In this document: positions 7,483 through 17,005 of the stretch, piece after piece
How positions within the stretch are numbered: the first letter of the stretch is position 1
Layout of the letters: each line of letters opens with the position of its first letter
DNA from: Patescibacteria group bacterium
GTDB lineage: Bacteria; Patescibacteriota; Minisyncoccia; JAHISW01; Tagabacteraceae
Reading direction: 5' to 3'
Assembly (NCBI GenBank): GCA_018817995.1
Contig: JAHISW010000046.1
Coordinates: forward strand, 1 to 31,384
Length of the DNA: 31,384 bases
Made by a program: the position numbers and the translations under genes
The notes under the pieces: model-generated
What the model was told of the DNA's origin: nothing
The model's database searches: none
What the model saw: only the letters and a program-made list of their open reading frames with translations

Positions 7483-9604
7483 TCATTGGTCTAACCAAAA
7501 CATCTCTGGGACGTGAACCGTCTTGAGGACCCACGATATTTCTTTCCTCCAACATGTCCAATAAGCGCGCAGCGCGCGCATACCCCACGCGAAGACGTCT
7601 CTGTAAATAGGAGGAAGACGCTTTTTGCGCTTCAATAACTAAACTACGCGCCTTTTCATAAAGCTCATCATCTTCTTCGTCGTCCTCAAAAGAACTCGAC
7701 TCGCTATCAAAAATGGACGACTGTTTTTGCTCTCCCACTCCCAAATCTATTTCGTCCAAGCTAAAATCTTCACATTGATTAACTAAATAGTCAACAACTT
7801 TTTTAACCTCATTTTCTGACACAAAGGACCCCTGGATACGCCTTGGTTTTGTCGTATCGCCGGACAAATAAAGCATGTCTCCATTGCCCAAAAGTTTTTC
7901 CGCCCCAGCCATATCCAATATTGTTCTAGAATCCACCTGAGATGCAACTTGAAAAGCGATACGAGCCGTAATATTCGCCTTTATTAATCCCGTAATAACT
8001 TCCACCGAAGGACGCTGTGTGGAAACAACCAGGTGAATACCAACAGCGCGAGACATCTGCGCCAATCTAACTATAGCGGCTTCAAATTCACGCGGATAAG
8101 TTGCCATAATATCCGCAAGCTCATCAATAATAATAACAATAAATGGCATATCGCAGTTTTTGTTCTTTTTGTGGTAGGAGGTTATGTCGCGCGCCCCGGC
8201 CTGCAAAAGAATCTCATAACGCCTTTCCATCTCTTTGGTTGCCCATTTCAGCGCCATTATTGCTTTTTTGGCTTCCGTGATAACGGGCGACAAAAGATAT
8301 GGGAGATTATTATAAATATTCAATTCAACTCTCTTGGGGTCAATCAATAAAAGCTGTAAATCCAAGGGTGAATGACGATAAAGCAAACTCATCATCAAAG
8401 AATGAATGGCAACCGATTTGCCGGAGCCCGTAGCGCCGGCAATCAAAAGATGTGGCATCTTCGCCATAGAAGAATAAACAGGTCTGCCAGCAACATTGCG
8501 TCCCAAAGCAATAAGCAAAGGATTATCAGTATCTCGAAACGCAGATTCACCCAAAAGATGTCTTAGCCCCACCATGGAAGAAGTTCTATTGGGAACCTCA
8601 ACTCCAACAAGAGACTTTCCGGGAATAGGAGCCTCAATTCTAATAGGGTGACTCGCCAAAGCCAGCGCCAAATCATTGTTCAATGCTGTTATTCGTGAAA
8701 GTTTTACACCCTCCGCCGGCTTGAAAGAATACTGAGTTACCGAAGGACCGATGCACACTTCATTCATCTCAATATTTATTCCGAAATTTTGAAATGTCCT
8801 TTTTATAACATTAGCATTAGCTTTTATGTCACCTGCCGACGGCTTACCCTTGTCCGCCTCCAGTAAATCAAAGGGAGGTGGCTGAAACTTCTTGCCATTT
8901 TGAAACACATTATTCATATATTTTTTTGCTTTTTTATCTTTTATTTGTTCGACGGACTCCTCATCAGCCACGACAGATACAGCGCTTTGGTTTTCATCGC
9001 TGTCTTTTCCTTCTGTCTCCTCAACAACATTCTTGTCAACATCATCAAAATCCGAAAGTTTATCTTTTTTCCTGTTTAAAACTATTTCTTTGCCCAAAAC
9101 TTTTTTAAGCGCAACAAACGAAATAGGAACATTAAACATTATTAAAAAACCAATCAAAAAAGCCACTGCGAATAATATTAAGCTGGCCCAAAAATCAACG
9201 AACTTTAAAAACGGAAGAGCCGCCAAAAAACCCACATAACCCCCACTCTTGTCATCAAAAACAATATCCGTAAGCGCCAAACCGCTGAAAAGCGTTAACA
9301 AACCGCCTATTAAATTGGTAACCAGCAAATTGGGCCTAAAAGAAGAAAACAACGATATAGCGACGAAAAAGAAAAGAACGGGCGCGAGAAAGAACGCTTC
9401 TCCGAAAAGAAATCCAAGGCCCATGTGAACGTACTCTCCAACCAAGCCGGCTTTTCCAAAAACGGCCAAAACCAAAAAAAGAGAAACGCCAAGGCAAATA
9501 ACAGCCCACACAGAATATTTAGTTTCATCCCTCAGCCCACAGTACCACTTGCCATTCTCCTCTGATATGATTTTTTTTCTTTTTTTATTTTTTTCAGCCA
9601 CCAT
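7454..9604 (-). CDS. ftsK: DNA translocase FtsK/SpoIIIE
   Basis: N-terminal transmembrane helices, PHLLIAGATGSGKS, IIIDELAD, TQRPSV and a gamma domain LQRRLRVGYARAARLLD. Confidence 0.96.
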   Translation of the reverse strand: MVAEKNKKRKKIISEENGKWYCGLRDETKYSVWAVICLGVSLFLVLAVFGKAGLVGEYVHMGLGFLFGEAFFLAPVLFFFVAISLFSSFRPNLLVTNLIGGLLTLFSGLALTDIVFDDKSGGYVGFLAALPFLKFVDFWASLILFAVAFLIGFLIMFNVPISFVALKKVLGKEIVLNRKKDKLSDFDDVDKNVVEETEGKDSDENQSAVSVVADEESVEQIKDKKAKKYMNNVFQNGKKFQPPPFDLLEADKGKPSAGDIKANANVIKRTFQNFGINIEMNEVCIGPSVTQYSFKPAEGVKLSRITALNNDLALALASHPIRIEAPIPGKSLVGVEVPNRTSSMVGLRHLLGESAFRDTDNPLLIALGRNVAGRPVYSSMAKMPHLLIAGATGSGKSVAIHSLMMSLLYRHSPLDLQLLLIDPKRVELNIYNNLPYLLSPVITEAKKAIMALKWATKEMERRYEILLQAGARDITSYHKKNKNCDMPFIVIIIDELADIMATYPREFEAAIVRLAQMSRAVGIHLVVSTQRPSVEVITGLIKANITARIAFQVASQVDSRTILDMAGAEKLLGNGDMLYLSGDTTKPRRIQGSFVSENEVKKVVDYLVNQCEDFSLDEIDLGVGEQKQSSIFDSESSSFEDDEEDDELYEKARSLVIEAQKASSSYLQRRLRVGYARAARLLDMLEERNIVGPQDGSRPRDVLVRPMSEENYDGQK

Positions 9605-9645
9605 TTTACTGTTATATTACACCATAAACAAAAATAAATCCAATT

Positions 9646-9678
9646 AAAAAATGCGGGGCTTAATACACTCCGCATTTT
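9646..9678 (-). terminator. Intrinsic terminator after the lipoprotein gene
   Basis: AAAATGCGGGG / CTCCGCATTTT stem (9648-9678). The A-run at 9646-9651 gives a U-tail on the minus strand. Confidence 0.7.
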
Positions 9679-9692
9679 ATTTTTTTTACCTG

Positions 9693-11300
9693 TTACGGAC
9701 CTTCAAAAGATCCATTTCTACTAATTTGAGACTCTACGTCGTGCCTCAAACTTACATCAACAGGCTTAGCCTGTGTTTTTTTATCTGTGTAAACCCCATC
9801 GCCATTGGTGTCTACAATACTTGACCTTTGGTCGCCAGAGTCATAATCAATCCTATAGGGACCGTCCTTCACCAAGGTGCTTACTAGCATTTGAATCGCC
9901 ACCTTGTTTTCTGGAAATAAAGTCACCTCTTTCCCTTTTATATTAATCTTTGTCATTCGAACACCGTCAAAATCCTTCTTAACTCGATAAAACTCAACCA
10001 CCCTACCTTCAATTTCCATATATTCACTGATTGGCGAGTGGTATTTAAAAGCGACCCATTCTATGTCACGAGCAAAATTTGACTCGTTCTTTTTTGTGTC
10101 TTTGTCATTCTTGTATTTAATGAAGACCTTGAAATTATTGACTTTCCCTGTTTTGTCAACAACTTTATATTTGCCGGATACACTCCATCCCTCTTTGTTA
10201 ATTTCTGCACCAACAACTTCAATCTGCCCCGGTTGAGACAAAAACACATCCATTTTCTTTTTGGCAAATTTGAAACCCTGGCCATTTTCCTTTAAATTAG
10301 AAACCAAAATCATTTCTATTAATTCCGGGTGCTTGGACATCAAGTCACTTCCTTTTTTAACATCGTTAACATTTGTAAAGTGATCGGGTACACCAAAAGA
10401 AGTACCATTGCTATCGTCAACATCAACAACAACCACCGTCATGTCGTTACCGTTTATGGAATGAAAAACCGATATGGCCGGATACTTTTCCTGATTACCT
10501 TGTTTGTCAAAGCGAAACACCATAATATAATCCGCTTTTCTATCGGGAGGATTATCTATATCCACAGTCTGAAAAAACAACTTAGCAGTTTTATTTTTCC
10601 AAATTTTTGTTTTCGTGGGATCTTTTTCTGGATAATCCGGATTATCTTCCTCTACAAGATAATCCCAATCAACGGCGAATTTCTCCATTGTATTCATCCT
10701 ATTTTCTTTTTCAGCCAAAATCACATATTCCGGCTTAAAAACAATGTCTTTCTCCAAATCAACCAAAGGACAAGTGACATAGGCGCTATCCCTCAATTTT
10801 TTGTCTTTGTCTATTTTTTCACCCGGCAAGCCAAGAATGGAGAGAAACTCGCGACGCGCCTTAACTCGAGCGTATCGTTTCAGCTGCCATTCCAAACCAA
10901 ATCTCTGCCTCTCAAGTCTCTTCATCGCTTGAGGAAAATATTCTAAGAACTGTCTATCGCTCGCATCCAATTTTCTTTCATCTTTCAAACTTCTAATTAT
11001 TTCTGTAATTTCTTTCAGTTTCTCTATTTTTTCTTCAGTCGATACACTGGTAAAATCTATCGGGTAATATTTGTTTCCGTCCCTATCCGTTTCAATTAGA
11101 AGTTTGCCTTCTGAGTCTTTTTTGGCTCGATAAAGCCTAAGCCCATGAGCGGCCCCCGTACTGGCTGCTTCCTCAGTCAGATTATTCTTCTCTTTTAAAA
11201 TCCGTTTCATTTCCCCTTCAATGGTAGGGCCACATGAGTAAAGAACAAAAGAAACAAAAACAAGAAAAAAGAAAGAGAAAAGATGTTTACAATAATTCAT
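9693..11300 (-). CDS. Hypothetical lipoprotein
   Basis: 535 aa with an N-terminal hydrophobic stretch ending in a lipobox-like LYS-C. Preceded by SD GGGAGG and overlaps the upstream gene by 14 nt. DxDxxxG/DTNGDG acidic loops are present. No family recognised. Confidence 0.65.
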   Translation of the reverse strand: MNYCKHLFSFFFLVFVSFVLYSCGPTIEGEMKRILKEKNNLTEEAASTGAAHGLRLYRAKKDSEGKLLIETDRDGNKYYPIDFTSVSTEEKIEKLKEITEIIRSLKDERKLDASDRQFLEYFPQAMKRLERQRFGLEWQLKRYARVKARREFLSILGLPGEKIDKDKKLRDSAYVTCPLVDLEKDIVFKPEYVILAEKENRMNTMEKFAVDWDYLVEEDNPDYPEKDPTKTKIWKNKTAKLFFQTVDIDNPPDRKADYIMVFRFDKQGNQEKYPAISVFHSINGNDMTVVVVDVDDSNGTSFGVPDHFTNVNDVKKGSDLMSKHPELIEMILVSNLKENGQGFKFAKKKMDVFLSQPGQIEVVGAEINKEGWSVSGKYKVVDKTGKVNNFKVFIKYKNDKDTKKNESNFARDIEWVAFKYHSPISEYMEIEGRVVEFYRVKKDFDGVRMTKINIKGKEVTLFPENKVAIQMLVSTLVKDGPYRIDYDSGDQRSSIVDTNGDGVYTDKKTQAKPVDVSLRHDVESQISRNGSFEGP

Positions 11301-12849
11301 CGCCGATCCTCCCTGTTTCGCGATACATCATCTGTGGCATGGTTATTACCCCCGTCTTTATCAATAAATAAATCTTCTCAATTTTTACGCTGTTAGGCAT
11401 AGATTCCGGCAGACCCAACATATTGGAATATACTTGCACCAATTGTCTGTTTTCCAGAAAGTATTTTTTAATCATCTCTGGAATTATTTCAGAATTTTTC
11501 TCCTTTGCTTTCTGTTCAGCTTTGTGCTTGTCAACAATTTTTTTAGCTTCTTCATAAGCTAACCGAATAATTTCTTCATGGTCGGCAAGCCATTTCTGCG
11601 TTTTTTGGGGACCGTTCAACAAAGTAAAGGCATACCTGGTATAAAAAAAGGTCTTGAATGAACCATTCTGGTCATACAAAGCATCGTTCACACATGCCCA
11701 ATAGAGTGGGTCCATGTAAAACTTCGGCATAAATTTTTCGAACATTGTTTTCCGAAAACTGGAGAAGATTTTTTCCGCCTTAGCGCTGTAGTCCTCAAAT
11801 ACGGACTCTTCTAAATCTAAAGACGGTCCCAGTCTAAACTTAATCATTTCTCTGCGAGCGCGCTCAGCATCGAAAGAAGTTATAACTTTACCGATATTCC
11901 TAGCTGTTTCCTGATACGAGTGAAATAAATAAGTAAAGGATCCGTTATTTCTTTCAACAAACGATGCCCACGTTTCAACATCTGTTTCTTGGCCAACTAA
12001 TATACCTTGATACGCGCTACGGTGAAGTAACTCATGAGTAAAAACATCTTCGAATTTCAAATAGTCTAGAACAAGAGCTACGGGACTGTACGCAACCGTT
12101 CCCGAATCGGGATACGAGAGCCCTAGAATCATCCCCCCTTTGTCCACCGGCATTGGAACGATAACAGCTTTTACGGGGCAAAAATCGCGAAAAGTAAACT
12201 TTGGAGGGATAAACATCAACTCATCAGCAGAAATTTTAAATTCTGAATTAAAATCAAAAGTCCCAAGTTCGGTCAATTTCTGTTCCAAGTCGTCACTTTT
12301 TGAAATAACACCATACTCTACTAATCTTTCCTTGAGCAGGTCAATTATCTCTCCTCTTTTGTTCCCAACAAAACCAACGAGATAATTGGCGCTTTCGCAA
12401 ATTTTTTGCGCGTAAACATATTTTATCTTTTCAAACTCTTCTGGCGCCACTTCCGTGACTTCACCGCCACAATAATAACCGACCTTAGAATTCTGCCATC
12501 TATACTCACTGAAGACGAGGGTAAACTCGTAATTTTTAGAAGGAATTTTTACAACGCAGGAAATCGCGTTGTTAAGAAAAGAACTTTCCCCTCTGTATTT
12601 AGTTGTCGCCCACCCAAAAATGTCCAATTGCTGAATAAATTGTTTGGCAAATGTTGCCCTTGGCATAACTTCCCACATTTTTAATATTTGCGGAAGTTCT
12701 TCTTTGCTTAACTGATCAAGCTCTTTTGTAACATCGGTTACAATAACAGGTGCAAAGGGCGAATAAAATTCCTCGGCCATTGCCCCGTTAGCAAAAACGA
12801 CCAGTAGTAGCGCAAAAGACAATAAAGTGAATACAATTTTTTTTGCCAT
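11287..12849 (-). CDS. Exported hypothetical protein with HExxH motif (FTHELLHR)
   Basis: Start moved from 12954 to ATG 12849 (MAKKIVFTLLSFALL...GAMA, signal-peptide-like), preceded by AAGGAGGT 5 nt upstream. No family recognised. Confidence 0.65.
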   Translation of the reverse strand: MAKKIVFTLLSFALLLVVFANGAMAEEFYSPFAPVIVTDVTKELDQLSKEELPQILKMWEVMPRATFAKQFIQQLDIFGWATTKYRGESSFLNNAISCVVKIPSKNYEFTLVFSEYRWQNSKVGYYCGGEVTEVAPEEFEKIKYVYAQKICESANYLVGFVGNKRGEIIDLLKERLVEYGVISKSDDLEQKLTELGTFDFNSEFKISADELMFIPPKFTFRDFCPVKAVIVPMPVDKGGMILGLSYPDSGTVAYSPVALVLDYLKFEDVFTHELLHRSAYQGILVGQETDVETWASFVERNNGSFTYLFHSYQETARNIGKVITSFDAERARREMIKFRLGPSLDLEESVFEDYSAKAEKIFSSFRKTMFEKFMPKFYMDPLYWACVNDALYDQNGSFKTFFYTRYAFTLLNGPQKTQKWLADHEEIIRLAYEEAKKIVDKHKAEQKAKEKNSEIIPEMIKKYFLENRQLVQVYSNMLGLPESMPNSVKIEKIYLLIKTGVITMPQMMYRETGRIGDELL

Positions 12850-13069
12850 CAGAACACCTCCTTGTCCTTTCGTTTTTTTTGTCAAAGAGCAGAAAAAACA
12901 GAAATAAAAAAACCGCAACCCAAAAACTATCGCCAGGGATAGAGTCGGGGCCACGGTATATCATTTCTCTGCCCTTTCCTTTCTACGGTTCCTAAGTTCA
13001 AAATAACATAAACCCCTAAGTAGTCAATTTAGAAAAAATTAGAAAATATAAAGAAAGATTAGTCAACCT

Positions 13070-14311
13070 TCAAATTTCTAGAATATTTGTTTTACAAATC
13101 TTGGCATATTCAAAAGCGCTCGAGCGAATTTTTCTTTCCATATCCCCATAATCAACTTCCACCAAGCCAAACCTGGGCCAAAAACCCTTATCCCATTCAA
13201 AATTATCCAACAATGACCAATAAAAATACCCGCAGACATCTACCCCTTCCTGAATTGCCTTATGAACATAGAACAAGTGCTCTTTTATAAATTTCTCTCT
13301 TTTTTCGTCCTTCGCATCAGCCAATCCATTTTCCATTATATAAATCGGCTTGTTATATTTCTTTAAACCTCTCAAAACATAATAAATTCCTTTCGCATGA
13401 ATTTCCGTATCAGTATCTGTTACTGCTTTATTTTCATTTTGATTATATTTGAAACCCTTGAGAATATTGCGGTAATAATAATTACAACCAATAAAGTCAT
13501 TGAACATTAATGTCCTTTTTAAAAACCAAAAATTCCAAAAACGATTCGCAAAAATTTTTATAATTTTGGCTATTGATCCTTTTGACTCAAAACAGATAGT
13601 GTTATTCGCAAATCCGACTTTTGCCTGAGGATTATTTTTATGAATTATTTTGTACGCATTTTTGTGCGCCTTAACTAAGTTTTTTAAGACTTTCCATGTT
13701 TCCAAAGCACTTTTATGCTGAGGCGGAAATCTATGCGCAAAATATGCATCAAACGCATAAATATCATCCGGCTCATTTAGCGTTATCCAAAAATCAACAT
13801 TACTGCAAGACGTTGTTATTTTTTTTACATATCTTTCAAAATACTTTGGCGCGTCTTTGCAAAGCCACCCACCTTTGTCGCGAAACCAAGTCGGAACCGT
13901 CCAATGCCAAAGCGTAACAAATGGCTCAATCTCCCTCTCTCTCAAGGCGCTTATAACTTTTCTGTAATGCTCAATTTCTTTTTCATCAAACTTCCCTTCT
14001 TCCGGTTCAATCCTTGACCATTCAATTGAAAACCTATGCGCATTGTGCCCAAGTTGTTTTGCAATATCAAAATCTTCGCGAAACCTATTATAATGGTCAC
14101 ACGCTTTCCCCGAAATATAATTTTCTGTCTTTGACATCTCGGGAAATCTTATGAAATCGGGACTCGTAAATTTATTTTTAGATTCTTTCGCCAACCTTTC
14201 GGCGTTTTTCCTTTCCCACTCTGTCCAATCATTAAAATTACCCCCCTCAACTTGATGAGCGGAAGTCGCGCTTCCCCACAAAAACCCTTTTGGAAATTCT
14301 AATTTTATCAT
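13070..14311 (-). CDS. Glycoside hydrolase family 1 (beta-glucosidase/beta-galactosidase)
   Basis: FPKGFLWGSATSAHQVEG, ACDHYNRF, RFSIEWSRIEP, TLNEP (acid/base), IMENG (nucleophile) and WSLLDNFEW. Confidence 0.95.
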   Translation of the reverse strand: MIKLEFPKGFLWGSATSAHQVEGGNFNDWTEWERKNAERLAKESKNKFTSPDFIRFPEMSKTENYISGKACDHYNRFREDFDIAKQLGHNAHRFSIEWSRIEPEEGKFDEKEIEHYRKVISALREREIEPFVTLWHWTVPTWFRDKGGWLCKDAPKYFERYVKKITTSCSNVDFWITLNEPDDIYAFDAYFAHRFPPQHKSALETWKVLKNLVKAHKNAYKIIHKNNPQAKVGFANNTICFESKGSIAKIIKIFANRFWNFWFLKRTLMFNDFIGCNYYYRNILKGFKYNQNENKAVTDTDTEIHAKGIYYVLRGLKKYNKPIYIMENGLADAKDEKREKFIKEHLFYVHKAIQEGVDVCGYFYWSLLDNFEWDKGFWPRFGLVEVDYGDMERKIRSSAFEYAKICKTNILEI

Positions 14312-14326
14312 ATAATTTTATTTTTT

Positions 14327-14353
14327 AACTATGGAAGTTCAACTCCCATAGTT
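14327..14353. repeat. REP-like palindrome B, downstream copy
   Basis: AACTATGGAAGTT-C-AACTCCCATAGTT, 13+1+13 with one mismatch. Confidence 0.92.
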
Positions 14354-14360
14354 GATAGAA

Positions 14361-15068
14361 TCATTCTAAAATGATGTCTTTCATATTCTCTAAATTTCTT
14401 TGAGAATCTTTTAGCCAATCCTTAGTTTCCTTTTTATATTTTTCCTCTCCACCAAAAAAATCCAAAAGAAATTCTCGCTGTGTTACAGACGGAAAATTCT
14501 TTTTTTTAACATAATCAGGAAAACTACTCCATCTATAATTCTCCAAAAACTTCATTTGCCTAACTATGGAAGTTGAACTTCCATAGTTGATTAATTTCAG
14601 TGGGTTTAAGTGAATATAATACGGCAAATGCAAAATATGAGCATGCTCCTCTATTTTAACTGCTTTAAATCTACCCTGAAACAAACTCCCGACTCTCTCA
14701 TATTTCTTATTAAAATAATTTGTATATCCGGTTCCTAGCTTTTGCATAAATTTCACGATCCCTCCCTCTTTTTTCTGCATCAAAAGCAAATGAAAATGAT
14801 TCGGCATTAATGTAAAAATTAATATTTCCACGAGCAATTTTCTTGGTTTCTTTTTTTCTTTCAACTGGTCTAGGTATTGGCTTTCAACTTTCATGGTTTC
14901 GGGATTAAAATAAAAATTCATATTTGATGACAACGCCTCATCATTAAATTCAAATAAATCATGGATAAAACGAAAATAATCCTTATCGTTCATAAATATC
15001 TTTCTTTTCTCCACACCACGATTGTATATATGGTATATTTTGTTGTTTACAAATATTGGCTTCTTCAT
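14361..15068 (-). CDS. REP-associated tyrosine transposase (RAYT; Y1_Tnp/IS200-like HUH endonuclease)
   Basis: IYHIYNRG, TLMPNHFHLLL (HUH), LFQGRFKA, YIHLNP (catalytic Tyr) and YRWSS. TATAAT lies 8 nt upstream of the ATG. Confidence 0.9.
   Translation of the reverse strand: MKKPIFVNNKIYHIYNRGVEKRKIFMNDKDYFRFIHDLFEFNDEALSSNMNFYFNPETMKVESQYLDQLKEKKKPRKLLVEILIFTLMPNHFHLLLMQKKEGGIVKFMQKLGTGYTNYFNKKYERVGSLFQGRFKAVKIEEHAHILHLPYYIHLNPLKLINYGSSTSIVRQMKFLENYRWSSFPDYVKKKNFPSVTQREFLLDFFGGEEKYKKETKDWLKDSQRNLENMKDIILE
14562..14588. repeat. REP-like palindrome B, in-frame copy inside the RAYT gene
   Basis: AACTATGGAAGTT-G-AACTTCCATAGTT, perfect. The minus strand encodes NYGSSTSIV just after YIHLNP. Confidence 0.93.
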
Positions 15069-15083
15069 GCACTATAATTATAC

Positions 15084-15110
15084 AACTATGGAAGTTCAAC
15101 TTCCATAGTT
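15084..15110. repeat. REP-like palindrome B, upstream copy
   Basis: AACTATGGAAGTT-C-AACTTCCATAGTT, perfect. It is 1 nt from the -10 box (15077-15082) and 3 nt from the upstream gene's stop codon. Confidence 0.93.
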
Positions 15111-15113
15111 GAT

Positions 15114-16106
15114 TTATTTGTTAATTGTTGATTTAACTAACTCCCACATTTCTGGATGGCCATTTTCTTTCAGCCAATACCACCATTCAACGCCCCATAA
15201 ATAGAAAGTATCAAAACCAGTGCCTTCAATATATTCCATCAATTCCTTAAATTTTTCAGGATTCATAGATACAAACTGTTCGTTTATATCCAAATCTTGA
15301 ATAAGCATCGGCCCCCACGGTTCTGCTTGTAGCTCAATTACAACGGAAGGTTTTTTGCCATATATAAAATCAATTATTCCGAGTTTCAGACGAAAAAAAG
15401 AAGGGGGAATGGGATATTTAAAATAACCAATCGTATCATTCCAGATGGTTCTATACATTGTTGTTCCAAAAATATCCGCCCGCTTATATGCTCTTGCCCA
15501 ATCGCCAAACTCCCCGCCATCCGTGATAATAATTGGTTTAGACGACAAAGATTTCACAAGTTTAATCTCCCCGTCCAAAAATTCTTTGTCTAATTCCGGA
15601 CATTCTCCAAAATTCAAAAACGGCTCGTTCTCCACCTGCCACGCCCAAACCGCAAAACTATCATCGTATCGTTTAACCGTCGTTTTAATATAATCCAGCA
15701 ATTTTTGAGATTTGATTTTTGAGATTTGAGATTGAACCCAAGTGGGTTCATGGCATTCCGGCCACCTCGGAACTTTTCTTCCCACAACCAAGACAACGTT
15801 TGCATTATGCGCTTCGGCAACTTCCATCATCCAGTCGGTGGACGAAAAATCAAACACGCCCTCTTCCCTTTCAACCTCGCTCCAATAAATAGGTATTCTG
15901 ATTAAATCAAAGCCCAAATCTTCAAAAATAGCTTCATAGGCTTTTTGCCAATCCAACCCCAAATCTTCTGCTTGAATTTTTGAATATGTCACCCCAAAAA
16001 TTTTTACTTCGGTTTGCGGTATCCTACAAACAAAAAAACAAATAACGCAAACAAGAAACGCAACGGCAATTATTAAAAAAATTAAAATTTTTTTTCTAAG
16101 TTTCAT
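15114..16106 (-). CDS. Membrane-anchored clan GH-A glycoside hydrolase (beta-galactosidase/GH42-GH5-like)
   Basis: N-terminal anchor, RIPIYWSEVE..EGVFDFS..DW, AWQVENEP (acid/base-like) and ELQAEPW (nucleophile-like). Exact family uncertain. Confidence 0.65.
   Translation of the reverse strand: MKLRKKILIFLIIAVAFLVCVICFFVCRIPQTEVKIFGVTYSKIQAEDLGLDWQKAYEAIFEDLGFDLIRIPIYWSEVEREEGVFDFSSTDWMMEVAEAHNANVVLVVGRKVPRWPECHEPTWVQSQISKIKSQKLLDYIKTTVKRYDDSFAVWAWQVENEPFLNFGECPELDKEFLDGEIKLVKSLSSKPIIITDGGEFGDWARAYKRADIFGTTMYRTIWNDTIGYFKYPIPPSFFRLKLGIIDFIYGKKPSVVIELQAEPWGPMLIQDLDINEQFVSMNPEKFKELMEYIEGTGFDTFYLWGVEWWYWLKENGHPEMWELVKSTINK
15703..15730. repeat. Degenerate 7-bp tandem tract, in-frame
   Basis: TTTTGAG ATTTGAT TTTTGAG ATTTGAG, encoding SQISKIKSQK. 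Confidence 0.75.
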
Positions 16107-17005
16107 AAAACAAGAAAAACAACCCCCAAAGAGATTAAAACTATGCCAATAATTTTTTGAAAGACCGATTTACGGGAAAAAGATTCTTTAATAAAATACG
16201 GATGCCAAAGATAAATAATAAAGGTCAAAATAAAAAGAAAAACATACTGAACCCCTTGTAACGCATTAATCATAGCAACGGGTCCCAGCAGAATAGCATA
16301 ATTCAAAACCAAAAAAGCTACGGCGCTCAAAGTTTTGTTGGAAGCAACCAACAAAAACAGACTATTTGGAAGTTTGAGAGGACTCTTGTTTAACAAAATC
16401 CTGAAAGAAGGAGACAAAAACACTATTAAAATAGTAAACAAAACGCCTGCCTGAACCCATATAAAACCATTCAAAAAAGAGCTGTCCAAAAACACAACTT
16501 TTCTGGTAAAAAAAGTGATGGCGAAAAAAACAGCGGCGCAAATTGAGTACACAGGAAATTTTGATTTATTTTCTTTTGTTTGAGTAAAAGCAAGTAATAC
16601 TCCACCCGCTATCAAAAACAAAAAACTAAGTACCCAAAAAACCGGCATTTCTTCTTTCAGAAAAAAATAAGATAAAGATAAAAGTAGAACGGGAGAAAGA
16701 CCGCCAATAATTGAAGTAGCCCTAACAACCCCGCCCCTATCCAACGCCGAGTAAAAGAAAAATATCGCAAGAAAAAAACTTGCGCCACCGGCAAAAGCAG
16801 TCAAGGTCGTCCCAAACGACAAAAAAGAAAAACAAAAGGGCCACAAAACAAAAACAATTGAACTCATCACCCCAACATAAAAAGCGTAGACCAAGGGATT
16901 TTTCACTCTTCTGGTTAAAAGAAACTTGTCCGCAATCGCGACTACTGAATTCAAAAAATAAGAAAAGACTGCTAAAAATACCCACATCATATTATTTTGC
17001 GCCAC
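16103..17005 (-). CDS. EamA/DMT-superfamily membrane transporter
   Basis: About 10 hydrophobic helices with a two-repeat pattern, ending ...KIIGIVLISLGVVFL. Confidence 0.7.
   Translation of the reverse strand: MAQNNMMWVFLAVFSYFLNSVVAIADKFLLTRRVKNPLVYAFYVGVMSSIVFVLWPFCFSFLSFGTTLTAFAGGASFFLAIFFFYSALDRGGVVRATSIIGGLSPVLLLSLSYFFLKEEMPVFWVLSFLFLIAGGVLLAFTQTKENKSKFPVYSICAAVFFAITFFTRKVVFLDSSFLNGFIWVQAGVLFTILIVFLSPSFRILLNKSPLKLPNSLFLLVASNKTLSAVAFLVLNYAILLGPVAMINALQGVQYVFLFILTFIIYLWHPYFIKESFSRKSVFQKIIGIVLISLGVVFLVL

Larger units (their letters stand above)
14327..15113 (-). mobile_element. RAYT cassette 2: Y1-HUH transposase with three cognate 27-bp palindromes
   Basis: Palindromes at 14327-14353, 14562-14588 and 15084-15110, each followed by GAT on the + strand. 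Confidence 0.72.

Noticed and set aside
12907-12921. AAAAAACCGCAACCC, resembling 4115-4131 next to RAYT cassette 1
   Set aside because: There is no complementary arm or palindrome A nearby, and the match is short and in AT-rich context.
12850-12954. N-terminal extension of ORF 11287..12954
   Set aside because: A strong SD and signal peptide define ATG 12849. The extension translates the SD itself (GQGGVL).
13070-13072. Alternative genetic code (UGA=Gly, as in Gracilibacteria/Absconditabacteria)
   Set aside because: All core genes are full-length in code 11, and TGA ends GH1 (13070-13072) at its expected C-terminus.
4175-15068. Classical IS200/IS605 insertion sequences
   Set aside because: There is no tnpB, the two transposases are divergent single copies, and the motifs and symmetric flanking palindromes fit RAYTs better than TnpA.
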